This document shows positions 51,759-61,876 of a stretch of 64,000 bases of DNA, piece by piece. The stretch's first letter is position 1; each line of letters begins with the position of its first letter. The DNA comes from Thermodesulfobacteriota bacterium (lineage in GTDB: Bacteria > Desulfobacterota_D > UBA1144 > Nemesobacterales > UBA2774): NCBI GenBank assembly GCA_965216785.1, contig OZ244197.1, positions 416,001 to 480,000 on the forward strand, read 5' to 3'. The position numbers and the translations under genes were made by a program. The notes under the pieces were generated by a model. That model did not search any database and had not been told where the DNA came from. It saw nothing but the letters and a program-made list of their open reading frames with translations.

Positions 51759-53294
51759 CTATAACTCGCAGTACTCGCCGTCGTGAACCAGGTTCTTACA
51801 TGGGTAGCGCCAGTCGTCATCTGGGTGATAGAACAGTCTTCTTGCTTCCGGTGGTCCCCATGTGCCGGCAGGGTAACCGTACATCTTAATTTTGGAGTTC
51901 CTCTCCCAGGTCTTTAGAATCGGGTCTACGAACTTCCAGCATGCTTCCACGGCATCAGCTCTCGCGTAGTGGGTAGCGTCGCCGAGTATACAGTCCAGAA
52001 TGAGCCGCTCATAGGCCTCGGGAATGTAGGCGTCCGCAAGCTCTGAGTAAAGAAAGTCCATCCCGACCTCTTTTATGACAAATCCGGCGCCAGGCTTTTT
52101 CATACCTATTTTAAGCAGGATCCCCTCGTCGGGCTGAATCCTTATTATGAGCTGGTTGGGAGTAGCCTCACATAGCTCGGTCTTGGTAAACAGGTGATGC
52201 GGTGTTCTCTTAAAATGGACAACAACTTCCGTAACACGGGTCGGAAGATATTTCCCCGTGCGGATATAAAACGGTACATCGCCCCAGCGCCAATTGTCTA
52301 CATATAACTTGAGCGCAACATACGTTGCCGTACGGGAGTCGGGGGCAACGTCTTTTTCCTGCCGGTAGCCCAGCACCTTTTTCCCTTTTATTTTGGACTC
52401 AACATACTGTCCCTGTACCGCGTACTTATTTACCTCACTCGGTTTAATCGGGCGAAGGGAATCAAACACTTTTACAGCCTCGTTCCGGACATCAGTCGCG
52501 TTGAAAAACGAAGGGGGCTCAATCGCTATCGTGCCCAGCACCTGAAGCAAGTGGTTTTGAACCATGTCCCTCATAGCTCCGTAATGGTCATAGTACCCTC
52601 CCCTGTTTTCGACCCCTATCGACTCCGCGGCAGTGATCTCTATGTGATCTATGTAGTTACGGTTCCAAAGGGGCTCGAATATGCCGTTTGAGAAACGCAG
52701 CGCAAAGATATCCTGAACTGTTTCCTTGCCGAGATAATGATCGATCCTGTATATCTGATCCTCGTCAAAAATACTTTGAAGGTCTTTGTTTAAGGCCCTG
52801 GCAGACTTTAAATCTCTACCAAAAGGCTTCTCAACTACAATCCTTTTCCACGAAGAGCTCTTACCCTCTTTCTGAAGACCCTTTTTCCCAAGGTTCTTGG
52901 CAATCGATGTGTATAAGCTTGGGGAAGTGGAGAGGTAGTAGATATAGTTTCCGCCAATTTTTAATTTTGAATCAATCTCAGTGAGTCTTTTCTTCAAATC
53001 GTCGTAGTGCTGGACCTGAGTCGCGTCAAACGCCTGATAGTAGAGGTGTTTTGAAAAAGCTCCTAGCTGTTTTTGATCGGCTCTCTTGAGATTAGCGTAG
53101 GTTTTTATATCGCTTACGATTTTCTTTCGGAATGCCGCGTCTGTATAAGGCGAGCGGCTCGTACCCAGAATCGCAAATTTCTTAGGGAGCAGGTTCTGAC
53201 GATAAAGGGCATAGATAGCGGGCATTAACTTTCTTTTCGTTAAATCTCCCGAAGCTCCGAATATAACAATTACGCAATTGTTCTCTTGTGCCAT
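51759..53294 (-). CDS. zwf: Glucose-6-phosphate dehydrogenase
   Basis: FGASGDL, EKPFG, RIDHYLGKE, DMVQNH, RTGK. Confidence 0.98.
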   Translation of the reverse strand: MAQENNCVIVIFGASGDLTKRKLMPAIYALYRQNLLPKKFAILGTSRSPYTDAAFRKKIVSDIKTYANLKRADQKQLGAFSKHLYYQAFDATQVQHYDDLKKRLTEIDSKLKIGGNYIYYLSTSPSLYTSIAKNLGKKGLQKEGKSSSWKRIVVEKPFGRDLKSARALNKDLQSIFDEDQIYRIDHYLGKETVQDIFALRFSNGIFEPLWNRNYIDHIEITAAESIGVENRGGYYDHYGAMRDMVQNHLLQVLGTIAIEPPSFFNATDVRNEAVKVFDSLRPIKPSEVNKYAVQGQYVESKIKGKKVLGYRQEKDVAPDSRTATYVALKLYVDNWRWGDVPFYIRTGKYLPTRVTEVVVHFKRTPHHLFTKTELCEATPNQLIIRIQPDEGILLKIGMKKPGAGFVIKEVGMDFLYSELADAYIPEAYERLILDCILGDATHYARADAVEACWKFVDPILKTWERNSKIKMYGYPAGTWGPPEARRLFYHPDDDWRYPCKNLVHDGEYCEL

Positions 53295-53427
53295 TTTAAC
53301 ACCTCACTCTTTTTACGTTCTAATACACAAACGTCTGAGATTGTTTTCGGCTTTAAAAGCCGGCCTTTTACCAATATTTCAGGCCGAGAGTAAAATCTTA
53401 TCACTCCCGGCACATATAATTTAAATG

Positions 53428-54327
53428 TTAGTCTTTTTTCTTGACCGCATGTCCGCCGAACTGGTTCCTGAGCGCCGCAATCGTTTTCATAGAGAACGAA
53501 TCCGAATCACGGGATGCAATCCTGGCAATTAGCGATGCCGTAATGATAGGCGCGGGAACGTTCTGGTTTATAGCAGCTTCCACCGTCCAGCGTCCTTCAC
53601 CGCTGTCCCATACATATGGGTCCAGATCCTCAAGCGTCGGGTCTTCCTTAAATACGCGCTCTGCAAGCTCGAGCAGCCAGGAGCGAATAACGCTTCCATA
53701 CTGCCACACTTTGCTCACTGCCCTAAGATCGATGTCAAACTCAGAGCTCTCTAACACCGCGAACCCCTCCGCATAGGACTGCAGCATTCCGTACTCGATT
53801 CCGTTATGTACCATTTTCACGTAATGCCCGGAGCCCACAGGACCGCAGTAGAGGTATCCGTTTTTAGGAGCCAGGGTTTTGAATATCGGCTCAACATACT
53901 TACAGGTCTTTTCGTCACCGCCGTACATCAGGCAGTAACCTTCTTTGAGTCCCCATACGCCGCCGCTAACTCCGCAGTCAATAAACTCGATGCCTTTGGG
54001 CTTGAGACCCTTACCTCTTTTCTGAGAATCCTGCCACTCGGAGTTTCCACCGTCAATTATTACGTCACCTTTTTTGAGAAGCTTTTTAAGGTCTCTGATG
54101 TTCTGGTCCACGGGTTTGCCCGAGGGAACCATTATCCAAACGACCTTGGGCTTAGGCAGTTTTTTCACAAGATCGGCGAGCGATTTAGCAGGTATGGCCC
54201 CTTTCTTTGCGGCCTCGTCAATCGGTCCCTGAGTTAAGTTATAAACAACAACTTCATGACCGTCCCTCATAAGACGCTCTGTCATATTACCGCCCATCTT
54301 ACCAAGTCCTATCATTCCTATTTTCAT
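53428..54327 (-). CDS. gnd: 6-phosphogluconate dehydrogenase, short (YqeC-like) type
   Basis: GLGKMG, DGGNS, SGGVWG, KMVHNGIEYG, SGEGRWT, RNQFGGH; 299 aa. Confidence 0.96.
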   Translation of the reverse strand: MKIGMIGLGKMGGNMTERLMRDGHEVVVYNLTQGPIDEAAKKGAIPAKSLADLVKKLPKPKVVWIMVPSGKPVDQNIRDLKKLLKKGDVIIDGGNSEWQDSQKRGKGLKPKGIEFIDCGVSGGVWGLKEGYCLMYGGDEKTCKYVEPIFKTLAPKNGYLYCGPVGSGHYVKMVHNGIEYGMLQSYAEGFAVLESSEFDIDLRAVSKVWQYGSVIRSWLLELAERVFKEDPTLEDLDPYVWDSGEGRWTVEAAINQNVPAPIITASLIARIASRDSDSFSMKTIAALRNQFGGHAVKKKD

Positions 54328-54399
54328 AGTTGCCTCCTAAAAATTTTTTGTTTTTCAGTCTTTCAATGAAGCCTTTGTTAATCGTATCACCATTGTGCT

Positions 54400-55056
54400 C
54401 TACTGTATACTGTTAAGTATCGCCTTCATATTTTCAGACACGGTGCCCTTGGAATTGTAGACGCTGGAGCCTGCAATCAGGACAGTGGCTCCGGCCTCTA
54501 CTATAAGAGGAGCCGTATCGGTGCCTACTCCCCCGTCCACGCCTATCGGAACGTCAAGCCCTTTATTATCAAGCATAGTCTTGATCGCTCTTATTTTATC
54601 GAGTTGGCTTTCTATGAAACTCTGCCCTCCAAACCCCGGGTTCACGCCCATAACCTGTACAAAATCGGCCAGATCAAGTACGTATTCTATCGTGTTTTCA
54701 GACGTGGCAGGATTGAGCGTAACACCGGACTCAACACCAAGCTCTCTTATGGATTGGAGTACTCTGTGCAGATGAACGCATGCTTCCTGATGTACGATAA
54801 TTCTGTCAGCGCCCGCTTTAGCAAATGTTTCTATATACTTTTCTGGCTCCACTATCATCAGGTGCACATCGAGCTTCATTTTGGTAAGTGGTCTAAGAGC
54901 GGAAACCACCCCAGGGCCGAAATTAATATTTGGCACAAATCGTCCGTCCATAACGTCTATCTGTACTACACTCGCGCCCGCTTCCTCGGCATCCTTAACA
55001 CCCTGGCCGAGTCTTGCGAAATCCGCGGATAAAATTGAAGGCTCTACTATTACCAT
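54400..55056 (-). CDS. rpe: Ribulose-phosphate 3-epimerase
   Basis: PSILSADF, DVMDG.FVPN, DVHLM, M.VNPGFGGQ, VDGG. Confidence 0.97.
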   Translation of the reverse strand: MVIVEPSILSADFARLGQGVKDAEEAGASVVQIDVMDGRFVPNINFGPGVVSALRPLTKMKLDVHLMIVEPEKYIETFAKAGADRIIVHQEACVHLHRVLQSIRELGVESGVTLNPATSENTIEYVLDLADFVQVMGVNPGFGGQSFIESQLDKIRAIKTMLDNKGLDVPIGVDGGVGTDTAPLIVEAGATVLIAGSSVYNSKGTVSENMKAILNSIQ

Positions 55057-55092
55057 ATTGTCTTTAATCCCCTTCTATATGTCATTTGGTTT

Positions 55093-55812
55093 CTACGAAT
55101 CGTTTCTTTTCTGATACCTTATTCCGCTTTTAGCGGCTACAATTACCTCGCTTGCCGTACCTATGAATATTCCATACTCAACTATGCCCGCCTTCTGGCC
55201 GAGCTTTATTGTCAGTCCTTCCAGGTCGTCGATCGGACCGAAATTTGAGTCTAATATATAATTGTCTTGATCAGTTCTGTAGGGTTTACCGTCTTTTTCC
55301 CTCAGGACCGGTTTTGCCCCCAGGGACTCCAGGTATTTTGCAACCGGCATCCAAGCAAAAGGGATTACCTCAATCGGCACCGGCCAGTGAGTGCCTAGCT
55401 TTGGAGATATCTTGCTCTCGTCAACTATCATAATATTGCGCCTGCTTGACTGCGCGAGCACTTTTTCTCTTAGAAGCGCTCCGCCTCCGCCTTTAATAAG
55501 GTTTAGCTGAGGGTCCACTTCGTCCGCCCCGTCTATAGTTAGGTCAAGCTCCTGCTTCTCGTCAAACGTAATAATGGGTATGCCTAGCTCCTTAGCTCTT
55601 TTGTCCGTATCCATCGAGCTCGGTATGCCTACTATGTCTTTTAATCTCCCGTCTTTATATCGCTTCCCTATCTCTTCGAGCGCGAAGCGGACCGTAGTGC
55701 CCGTTCCGAGTCCGAGTACCATGCCAGATTCGATGAAATCCACAGCGCTTATACCGGCCTCTTTTTTTAGTCTATTCTGAAGACTTACTCCGTTACCCTC
55801 TGTTGCACTCAA
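55093..55812 (-). CDS. rpiA: Ribose-5-phosphate isomerase A
   Basis: GLGTGTT, DGADEVD, IKGGGGALLREK. Confidence 0.97.
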   Translation of the reverse strand: MSATEGNGVSLQNRLKKEAGISAVDFIESGMVLGLGTGTTVRFALEEIGKRYKDGRLKDIVGIPSSMDTDKRAKELGIPIITFDEKQELDLTIDGADEVDPQLNLIKGGGGALLREKVLAQSSRRNIMIVDESKISPKLGTHWPVPIEVIPFAWMPVAKYLESLGAKPVLREKDGKPYRTDQDNYILDSNFGPIDDLEGLTIKLGQKAGIVEYGIFIGTASEVIVAAKSGIRYQKRNDS

Positions 55813-56564
55813 TTTGCGGTCTCCTTTAGGTTGTCTAATGATTCTATATAATTCTTAGTAGTTTCCAGAAGATCGGGCGGGTTTTTCACAACGAGGAGCA
55901 AATCGTCTGGCGGAAGCTTGAGTACGGATTCGATGGTAAATTCTGAGGGCACCGCAACACAGTGAATATGAGCCGCGAGCGCTGCTTTAATCCCCGAAGC
56001 GGAATCCTCCACTGCTAGTGACTCTTCGTGAGGCACCTTAAGCTCATCTGAAATCAGATTATATATCTCGGGGTCTGGCTTTCCGCGCTCTACGTCTTGT
56101 ATTGTGGCGATAAAATCAAACTCCTCTCTTATTCCGAGAACCTCAAGCACCCTGAAAGCCTCTCTTCTATGAGACATCGTACCGAGACCAACAGTGTAGC
56201 CCTTACTTTTTGCCCATCTAAGAAGCGCCAAATTATAGGGACAGAGATGCTCTTTTAAAACTACCGGGTCTGAGATCATAGAGTAGTAGTTATCCATCCT
56301 AATATCTACAAACGCCTGCCAGGGCTGAGTGACTCCCAGCTCTTTCATTCTTTTCGAGGCGGCGTCTTTCAGATCAAACTTACCTAGAAGCCCCTCTGCG
56401 ACCTCCTTTCTTGATAGACCGACAAAGTCTTTAAACCCCTCTACCACCTGCGCTTCCGTCAGCTCCGGCTTCAACTCCACCGCGGCCTTAGCGTAAGACT
56501 TGGCTTTAAGCACCTCAGTCTGAACAAGCGTCCCGTCTAGATCGAATATGAATGCCTTTATCAA
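55809..56564 (-). CDS. HAD-family phosphatase (beta-PGM-like)
   Basis: FDLDGTLV, KPDPEIY, VEDS..G. Confidence 0.9.
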   Translation of the reverse strand: MIKAFIFDLDGTLVQTEVLKAKSYAKAAVELKPELTEAQVVEGFKDFVGLSRKEVAEGLLGKFDLKDAASKRMKELGVTQPWQAFVDIRMDNYYSMISDPVVLKEHLCPYNLALLRWAKSKGYTVGLGTMSHRREAFRVLEVLGIREEFDFIATIQDVERGKPDPEIYNLISDELKVPHEESLAVEDSASGIKAALAAHIHCVAVPSEFTIESVLKLPPDDLLLVVKNPPDLLETTKNYIESLDNLKETAN

Positions 56565-56586
56565 TTTTCTCGTTTAAAGTTCTTCG

Positions 56587-59412
56587 TTACAAACTGTTTG
56601 TGAGTTTATCAATATCCGCTACGACATCTTCTCCAAGATGAAATGTTATTACATTTCGCTTATTATCGAGAAGCGCCTGCCGGTCACCTAACGCCTGGGC
56701 GTTTTTCAGCACGCCGAAGCTGATAGATGAAGCCTTCTTACCTGGCTCGTCAGGTATGGGCGCATCCTCGGGCATCTCGGAAGTAAACTGGATAAACAGC
56801 CCGTGTCCTGCGTCTCCCTTATGGAGCTGCCCTGTAGAGTGAAGGAATCTGGGACCGAAACCAGAAGTGGTCGCAAGCTTATATTTCATCTGCACTTTCT
56901 TACGGAAGCGCTGCATAGCTTCATAAGTTTCGTCCTCCGGTTTTACGTAGGCCTGAAGAGTGACATAGCTCCTTCCCTTTGACCCGTTCTTCCCTGGACT
57001 TGCAAGGGACATAAACTTCTTAAGCGCCCCCTTAAGGTTCTTCGCTTCAAAATCAGAATATACAGTTATGCCTTCGTCAGTCAGGGTGGGCTTAATCTCG
57101 GGGAGTTTGCCCTTTTTCTGGTACGCCGCGATCATATTGCGTGCCAGCACCTTTGCGGCTTCCACATTTGGCTGGTTAAACGGATGGATTCCAATGATCA
57201 TCCCAGCAATCGCGATTGCCATCTCCCAGCGGAAGAACTCACCGCCCAGATCGTATATGTCTTTTAGATTTATACGGACAACCGGGTGCCTAGCGGCCTC
57301 TAATTTTCTAACATGCTCGTCGTAAGTGTTGTCGTGAGCGAGCCGGAGGTATACAAAAAGTCTGTCTTTAGCATAGTATTTGGGCTCCGTTATAGGTTCT
57401 CTGTCTACCGGCAGTATGCCTTTACCGCTCTTACCCGTGCTCTCGGCTATAAGCTGCTCTGCCCATGCGCCGAAGCTCTCGATCGGAGGGGACGCGATCA
57501 GTGTCACTTTGTCGTGACCTGCTTTTGTAAGCTCGCCCATTATCGCTCCGAGCCACGCTCCCGAATGGTCGCCCTCGACCGGACAATTACAGCTCTCGTT
57601 GTTATGGAGCATAGTTATAGCCCGCGCAAGAAGGGTGTCCAAATCGACTCCCTGAAACGCCGCTGGCGGTATTCCCACCATAGATAGCGCCGAATAGCGG
57701 CCTCCAATGTTGGGATCGTTAAGGAACGTTTTTCTAAATTTCAGATCTTTGGCTATTTTCTCAAGTCCGCTTCCGGGGTCTGTGATGGCTACGAAATGTC
57801 GCCCAACCTCCCTTTTCCCGACTTTTTTAAGAGTCACGTTGTAGAAATATTTCATATAGGACAGAGTCTCCGCCGTGCCGCCTGATTTAGTGGACACCAT
57901 AAAGAGAGTCTTCTCCGGATCGAGACGCCTCTCAAAATCGAGTATTGTGCCAGGATCTGTGCTGTCCAGTACCGCTACGTCCAGATAACCGTCTCTCACG
58001 CCGTAGGTCTGCCGTATTACCGAAACCGCAAGGCTCGAGCCTCCCATCCCCATAAGGAGTGCGTTCGTATAGCCTTCAGCCCTTACCTCATCGACAACGG
58101 CGTTAATCCCGCTCAGCGCGTCAGCCATGACTTCTGGTATGTGAAGCCAACCCAAACGGTTACTGATTTCAGTCGAGTCTTTTTCCCAGACCAGATAATC
58201 AAAGTCCCAAATCTTCTCTATAATCTTTTTCTTGCGGATATTCTCAAGCGCTTTATCCACGGCCCCCTGAAACTTTCCGAGGCTCGCGGAATAGGGCTTT
58301 TTTTCCTGTAATATACTCTCCTTCTTCTCCTCGATACTGGCCATAAGCGTTTCAAAAGATTCCGCGAATTTTTTAACTCCGTCCTGGAGGAGATGATCTG
58401 TTACTGCCTTCAGGCTGATACCGGCTTTCTCTAGCGCGGCCAGGTCTTCGTGGGCTTTCTTTAACCCTTTTGTAAGAGTAATAGAGGGCTTGCCGTGGTC
58501 CTTAAAATTCTTGTAGGTGTTCGGAGGAACCGTATTTACAGTGTTCGGACCAATCAACTCATCGACATAAAGGGTGTCTGAGTATTCAGGGTTCTTGGTG
58601 CTGGTACTTGCCCAAAGCACTCTTTGTGGTTTTGCTCCCGCGTCTGCGAGTTTTTTCCACCGAGGGCCTTTAAAGGTCTTTTTGTACTCTTCATATGTAA
58701 TCTTTGAGTTAGCAATTGCGATCTTGCCCTGTAGCTTTTTGTTCCCTATCTTCTCAAGCTCGGTGTCCACTGCGGTGTCCACTCTGCTTACGAAGAACGA
58801 GGCTACCGAGGCTACTCTGTCGACCGTATGTCCTTTGAATACGGACGGGCCTTCTCTATGAAGCCTCTCTAGTCCCTTAATATAAGCTTCGGCCACCGCT
58901 TTGTACTGATCAAGGCTGAACATCAGAGTGACATTGATGTTGATACCGGAGCCGATAAGCTCTGTAATCGCGGGTATCCCGGCAGGGGTCGCCGGTACTT
59001 TGATCATAACGTTCGGACGCCCGAGCGCAACGAAATATCTCTTTGCTTCCCGTATGGTTTTTTTTGTATCATTCGCCAATGTCGGGCTTACCTCAAGACT
59101 TATAAATCCATCCGCCCCATCCGTCTTGTCGTAAAGCGGTCTGAACTCATCCGCGGCAAGCGCGATATCCTTTAACGCCAATGCCTCGTAGATATCGTCA
59201 ACAGATTTGTTCTGCTCAACCAGGGCTTTTAAGTCCTCATCATAGTCAGAGCTCCCAGCAATGGCTTTTTCCAAGATAGAAGGATTTGAGGTTTCGCCTC
59301 TGAGACCCTCTTTTATAAGCGCCCTTAACTCCCCTGAAGTAAGAAATGAACGCCTGATGTAGTCATACCAAATTGATTGTCCAAGCTTGGTTAGATCTTT
59401 TATCCGTGACAT
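56587..59412 (-). CDS. Bifunctional transaldolase / glucose-6-phosphate isomerase
   Basis: N-half GQSIWYD, TSNP, MIKVP, SFFVSRVD, WAST; C-half GMGGSSL, SKSG-like TKSGGT, GGRYSALS, QLIAESTGK, GPRFLHSTGQLHKG. Confidence 0.96.
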   Translation of the reverse strand: MSRIKDLTKLGQSIWYDYIRRSFLTSGELRALIKEGLRGETSNPSILEKAIAGSSDYDEDLKALVEQNKSVDDIYEALALKDIALAADEFRPLYDKTDGADGFISLEVSPTLANDTKKTIREAKRYFVALGRPNVMIKVPATPAGIPAITELIGSGININVTLMFSLDQYKAVAEAYIKGLERLHREGPSVFKGHTVDRVASVASFFVSRVDTAVDTELEKIGNKKLQGKIAIANSKITYEEYKKTFKGPRWKKLADAGAKPQRVLWASTSTKNPEYSDTLYVDELIGPNTVNTVPPNTYKNFKDHGKPSITLTKGLKKAHEDLAALEKAGISLKAVTDHLLQDGVKKFAESFETLMASIEEKKESILQEKKPYSASLGKFQGAVDKALENIRKKKIIEKIWDFDYLVWEKDSTEISNRLGWLHIPEVMADALSGINAVVDEVRAEGYTNALLMGMGGSSLAVSVIRQTYGVRDGYLDVAVLDSTDPGTILDFERRLDPEKTLFMVSTKSGGTAETLSYMKYFYNVTLKKVGKREVGRHFVAITDPGSGLEKIAKDLKFRKTFLNDPNIGGRYSALSMVGIPPAAFQGVDLDTLLARAITMLHNNESCNCPVEGDHSGAWLGAIMGELTKAGHDKVTLIASPPIESFGAWAEQLIAESTGKSGKGILPVDREPITEPKYYAKDRLFVYLRLAHDNTYDEHVRKLEAARHPVVRINLKDIYDLGGEFFRWEMAIAIAGMIIGIHPFNQPNVEAAKVLARNMIAAYQKKGKLPEIKPTLTDEGITVYSDFEAKNLKGALKKFMSLASPGKNGSKGRSYVTLQAYVKPEDETYEAMQRFRKKVQMKYKLATTSGFGPRFLHSTGQLHKGDAGHGLFIQFTSEMPEDAPIPDEPGKKASSISFGVLKNAQALGDRQALLDNKRNVITFHLGEDVVADIDKLTNSL

Positions 59413-59472
59413 TATTTTCTCCTTATTCTATCGATTTAGACTTATATACCCTTTACTCCTTCTCTAATATTG

Positions 59473-61530
59473 TTATTTCTTTTTGCTTGGTATTTTCTTG
59501 CCGTTACGTCTTAGCACTTCCTTAGCCTTGGCTGTAATATGCTCTACAGTAAATCCGAACTCGGGCCACAGATCCGCTACCGGCGCCGATTCTCCGAAAG
59601 TGCTCACACCTATTACTCCACCGTTATCATGTAGCCCCACATACCTTCGCCACCCGAACGTGGAGCCCGCTTCAACACTCACCCTGGCTTTTACTGAGGA
59701 AGGCAATACTTTTTCCCAGTACTCTTTGCCCTGAAGCTCGTATAACGACCAGCACGGCATGCTGACCACTCTTGCCTTAATCCCCTGTTTCTTTAATTTC
59801 TCATAAGCCCCAAGACAAAGATGTACTTCCGAGCCCGTACCGATGAGGATTACATCGGGCTTACCCTTGGAATCGGCCAATACGTACGCCCCCTTTAAAG
59901 CACCTTCGGCAGGAGCATACTTTTTCCTGTCGATTGTTGGGATGTTTTGTCTGGTCAAAATAAGGGATACGGGTCTGTCTTTTACTTCCATCACGTATTT
60001 CCAGAGGGCGCTCAGCTCATTTGCGTCAGCAGGCCTTATGACATCCATGTTGGGGATGGCTCTAAGCGCCGCTAGCTGCTCGATCGGCTGGTGCGTTGGT
60101 CCGTCTTCTCCAAGACCGATACTATCGTGAGTAAAGATGTATATAACGGGAATACGCATCAGGCATGATAGTCTGAGGGGCGGCTTCATGTAGTCTGAGA
60201 ATACAAAATAACACGAGGCATAAGCTCTTAGCTTACTAAGCACCATCCCGTTAGTTACAGCTGCCATGGCGTTTTCTCTTATGCCGAAATGAAAATTTCT
60301 ACCACTGTATACATTTTTCTCAAAGCTGCTCGCGTCATCCAAATACGTCTTTGTAGACGGGCCGACGTCGCCCGCTCCTCCGAGGAGCCATTGTATGTCT
60401 TTTCCTATAGCGTTTAATATCTTTCCGTTTGAGGTTCGGGAAGCAGGTCCGTTGGGGTCAGCAGGGAACTCCGGCAGGCAGCTCTCCCAGCCCTCCGGCA
60501 TCTCCCTGTTCTCGATCATTTCGAACTGCTTTGCCAAATCCGGGTACTCAAACGCGTACTTTTTAAATTTTTCGTTCCAATCCTGCTCTGCGTTCTTACC
60601 CCGTTTTAATATCTGTTTTCTATATTCCTTAACTTCGTCCGGCACGTAGAACTTTTTATTCGGGTCCCATCCGTAATTTATCTTGGTCTTCCTGATCTCT
60701 TCCTCTCCGAGCGGCTCACCGTGAGCGGCGGATGTATCCTGCTTGTTCGGGCTGCCGTATCCTATGTGGCTGTCAACAATAATGAGTGAAGGCTGCTCTT
60801 CCTCATGGTTTGCTCTAGTTAAAGCTTCTTCCAGCAGCTCAAGATCGTTTGCGTCCCCTACGCGCTGTACGTGCCAGTTGTATCCCATAAACCTTGCCGC
60901 GACGTCCTCGCTGAATGCAAGCGCTGTATGGCCCTCGATGGTTATATGGTTGTTATCATATATCCACACCAGATTGCTCAGCCCCAGGTGGCCTGCCAGA
61001 GAGGCAGCTTCGCTCGAGATTCCCTCCATCATACAGCCGTCACCGCCTATTGCGTAGACGTTGTAATTAATAATCTCGTGGCCGGGGCGGTTGAAATATG
61101 TGGCAAGCCACTTTTCGGCGATTGCCATACCTACAGAAGTGGCATAGCCCTGACCTAAAGGTCCGGTGGTGGTCTCGATTCCGGGCGCGATACCGTACTC
61201 CGGGTGCCCGGCGCATTTACTGTGTAGTTGTCTGAAAGTTTTAATATCCTTAAGCGACAAATCATATCCCGTAATATGCAGGAGACTGTATAGAAGCATC
61301 GAAGCATGACCCGCGGAAAGGACAAAACGGTCGCGGTTTGGCCAGTCGGGGTTTTTGGGATTAAACATCATAAATTTATCAAAAATTGTATAACCTACGG
61401 GAGCCATGGACATAGGGGTTCCGGGATGCCCGGAGTTAGCCTTTTGGACGGCGTCCATCGAGAGTGTCCTGACCGTATTGATTATGAGCTGCTCAAGCTT
61501 TGCGCTTTTAGTTTTCGGTTTTGCTTCCAT
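59473..61530 (-). CDS. tkt: Transketolase
   Basis: SGHPG, RDRFVLSAGH, TTGPLGQG, GDGC.MEG, THDSIGLGEDGPTHQP. Confidence 0.99.
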   Translation of the reverse strand: MEAKPKTKSAKLEQLIINTVRTLSMDAVQKANSGHPGTPMSMAPVGYTIFDKFMMFNPKNPDWPNRDRFVLSAGHASMLLYSLLHITGYDLSLKDIKTFRQLHSKCAGHPEYGIAPGIETTTGPLGQGYATSVGMAIAEKWLATYFNRPGHEIINYNVYAIGGDGCMMEGISSEAASLAGHLGLSNLVWIYDNNHITIEGHTALAFSEDVAARFMGYNWHVQRVGDANDLELLEEALTRANHEEEQPSLIIVDSHIGYGSPNKQDTSAAHGEPLGEEEIRKTKINYGWDPNKKFYVPDEVKEYRKQILKRGKNAEQDWNEKFKKYAFEYPDLAKQFEMIENREMPEGWESCLPEFPADPNGPASRTSNGKILNAIGKDIQWLLGGAGDVGPSTKTYLDDASSFEKNVYSGRNFHFGIRENAMAAVTNGMVLSKLRAYASCYFVFSDYMKPPLRLSCLMRIPVIYIFTHDSIGLGEDGPTHQPIEQLAALRAIPNMDVIRPADANELSALWKYVMEVKDRPVSLILTRQNIPTIDRKKYAPAEGALKGAYVLADSKGKPDVILIGTGSEVHLCLGAYEKLKKQGIKARVVSMPCWSLYELQGKEYWEKVLPSSVKARVSVEAGSTFGWRRYVGLHDNGGVIGVSTFGESAPVADLWPEFGFTVEHITAKAKEVLRRNGKKIPSKKK

Positions 61531-61876
61531 TACCGTCCTCCTGACAATAGTTATGTGTTGTAACTCCCATTATAGTTTTGTTTTTTAATATTAATTTGGT
61601 ATTAAGAGCCCGAAAAATATTATTTTATCTTTCCCGCTTTACACCTCAACCATAGAAATCGATACGCTTTCAGAACAAGACTGGGATAATTATAGTATAT
61701 TCAATATGTCAATAAAATTTATAAAAATACGTCTCCGCTTCATACCCCTATTTCGCCTATGTACATGCACCTTAGGCCTATAAGAGATTAATCTTAAAAA
61801 GAGTTAAAATGTTCCCTCACAACCAATTAGTGCCATTATCACATACTGGCTATATTTTTTCAACAAAATACGCGAT

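Noticed and set aside
61531-61876. 345-bp AT-rich gap between tkt and ppgK containing TGGCAC on the minus strand
   Set aside because: No GC at the -12 position, no convincing ORF, repeat or RNA structure. Likely an ordinary promoter region.
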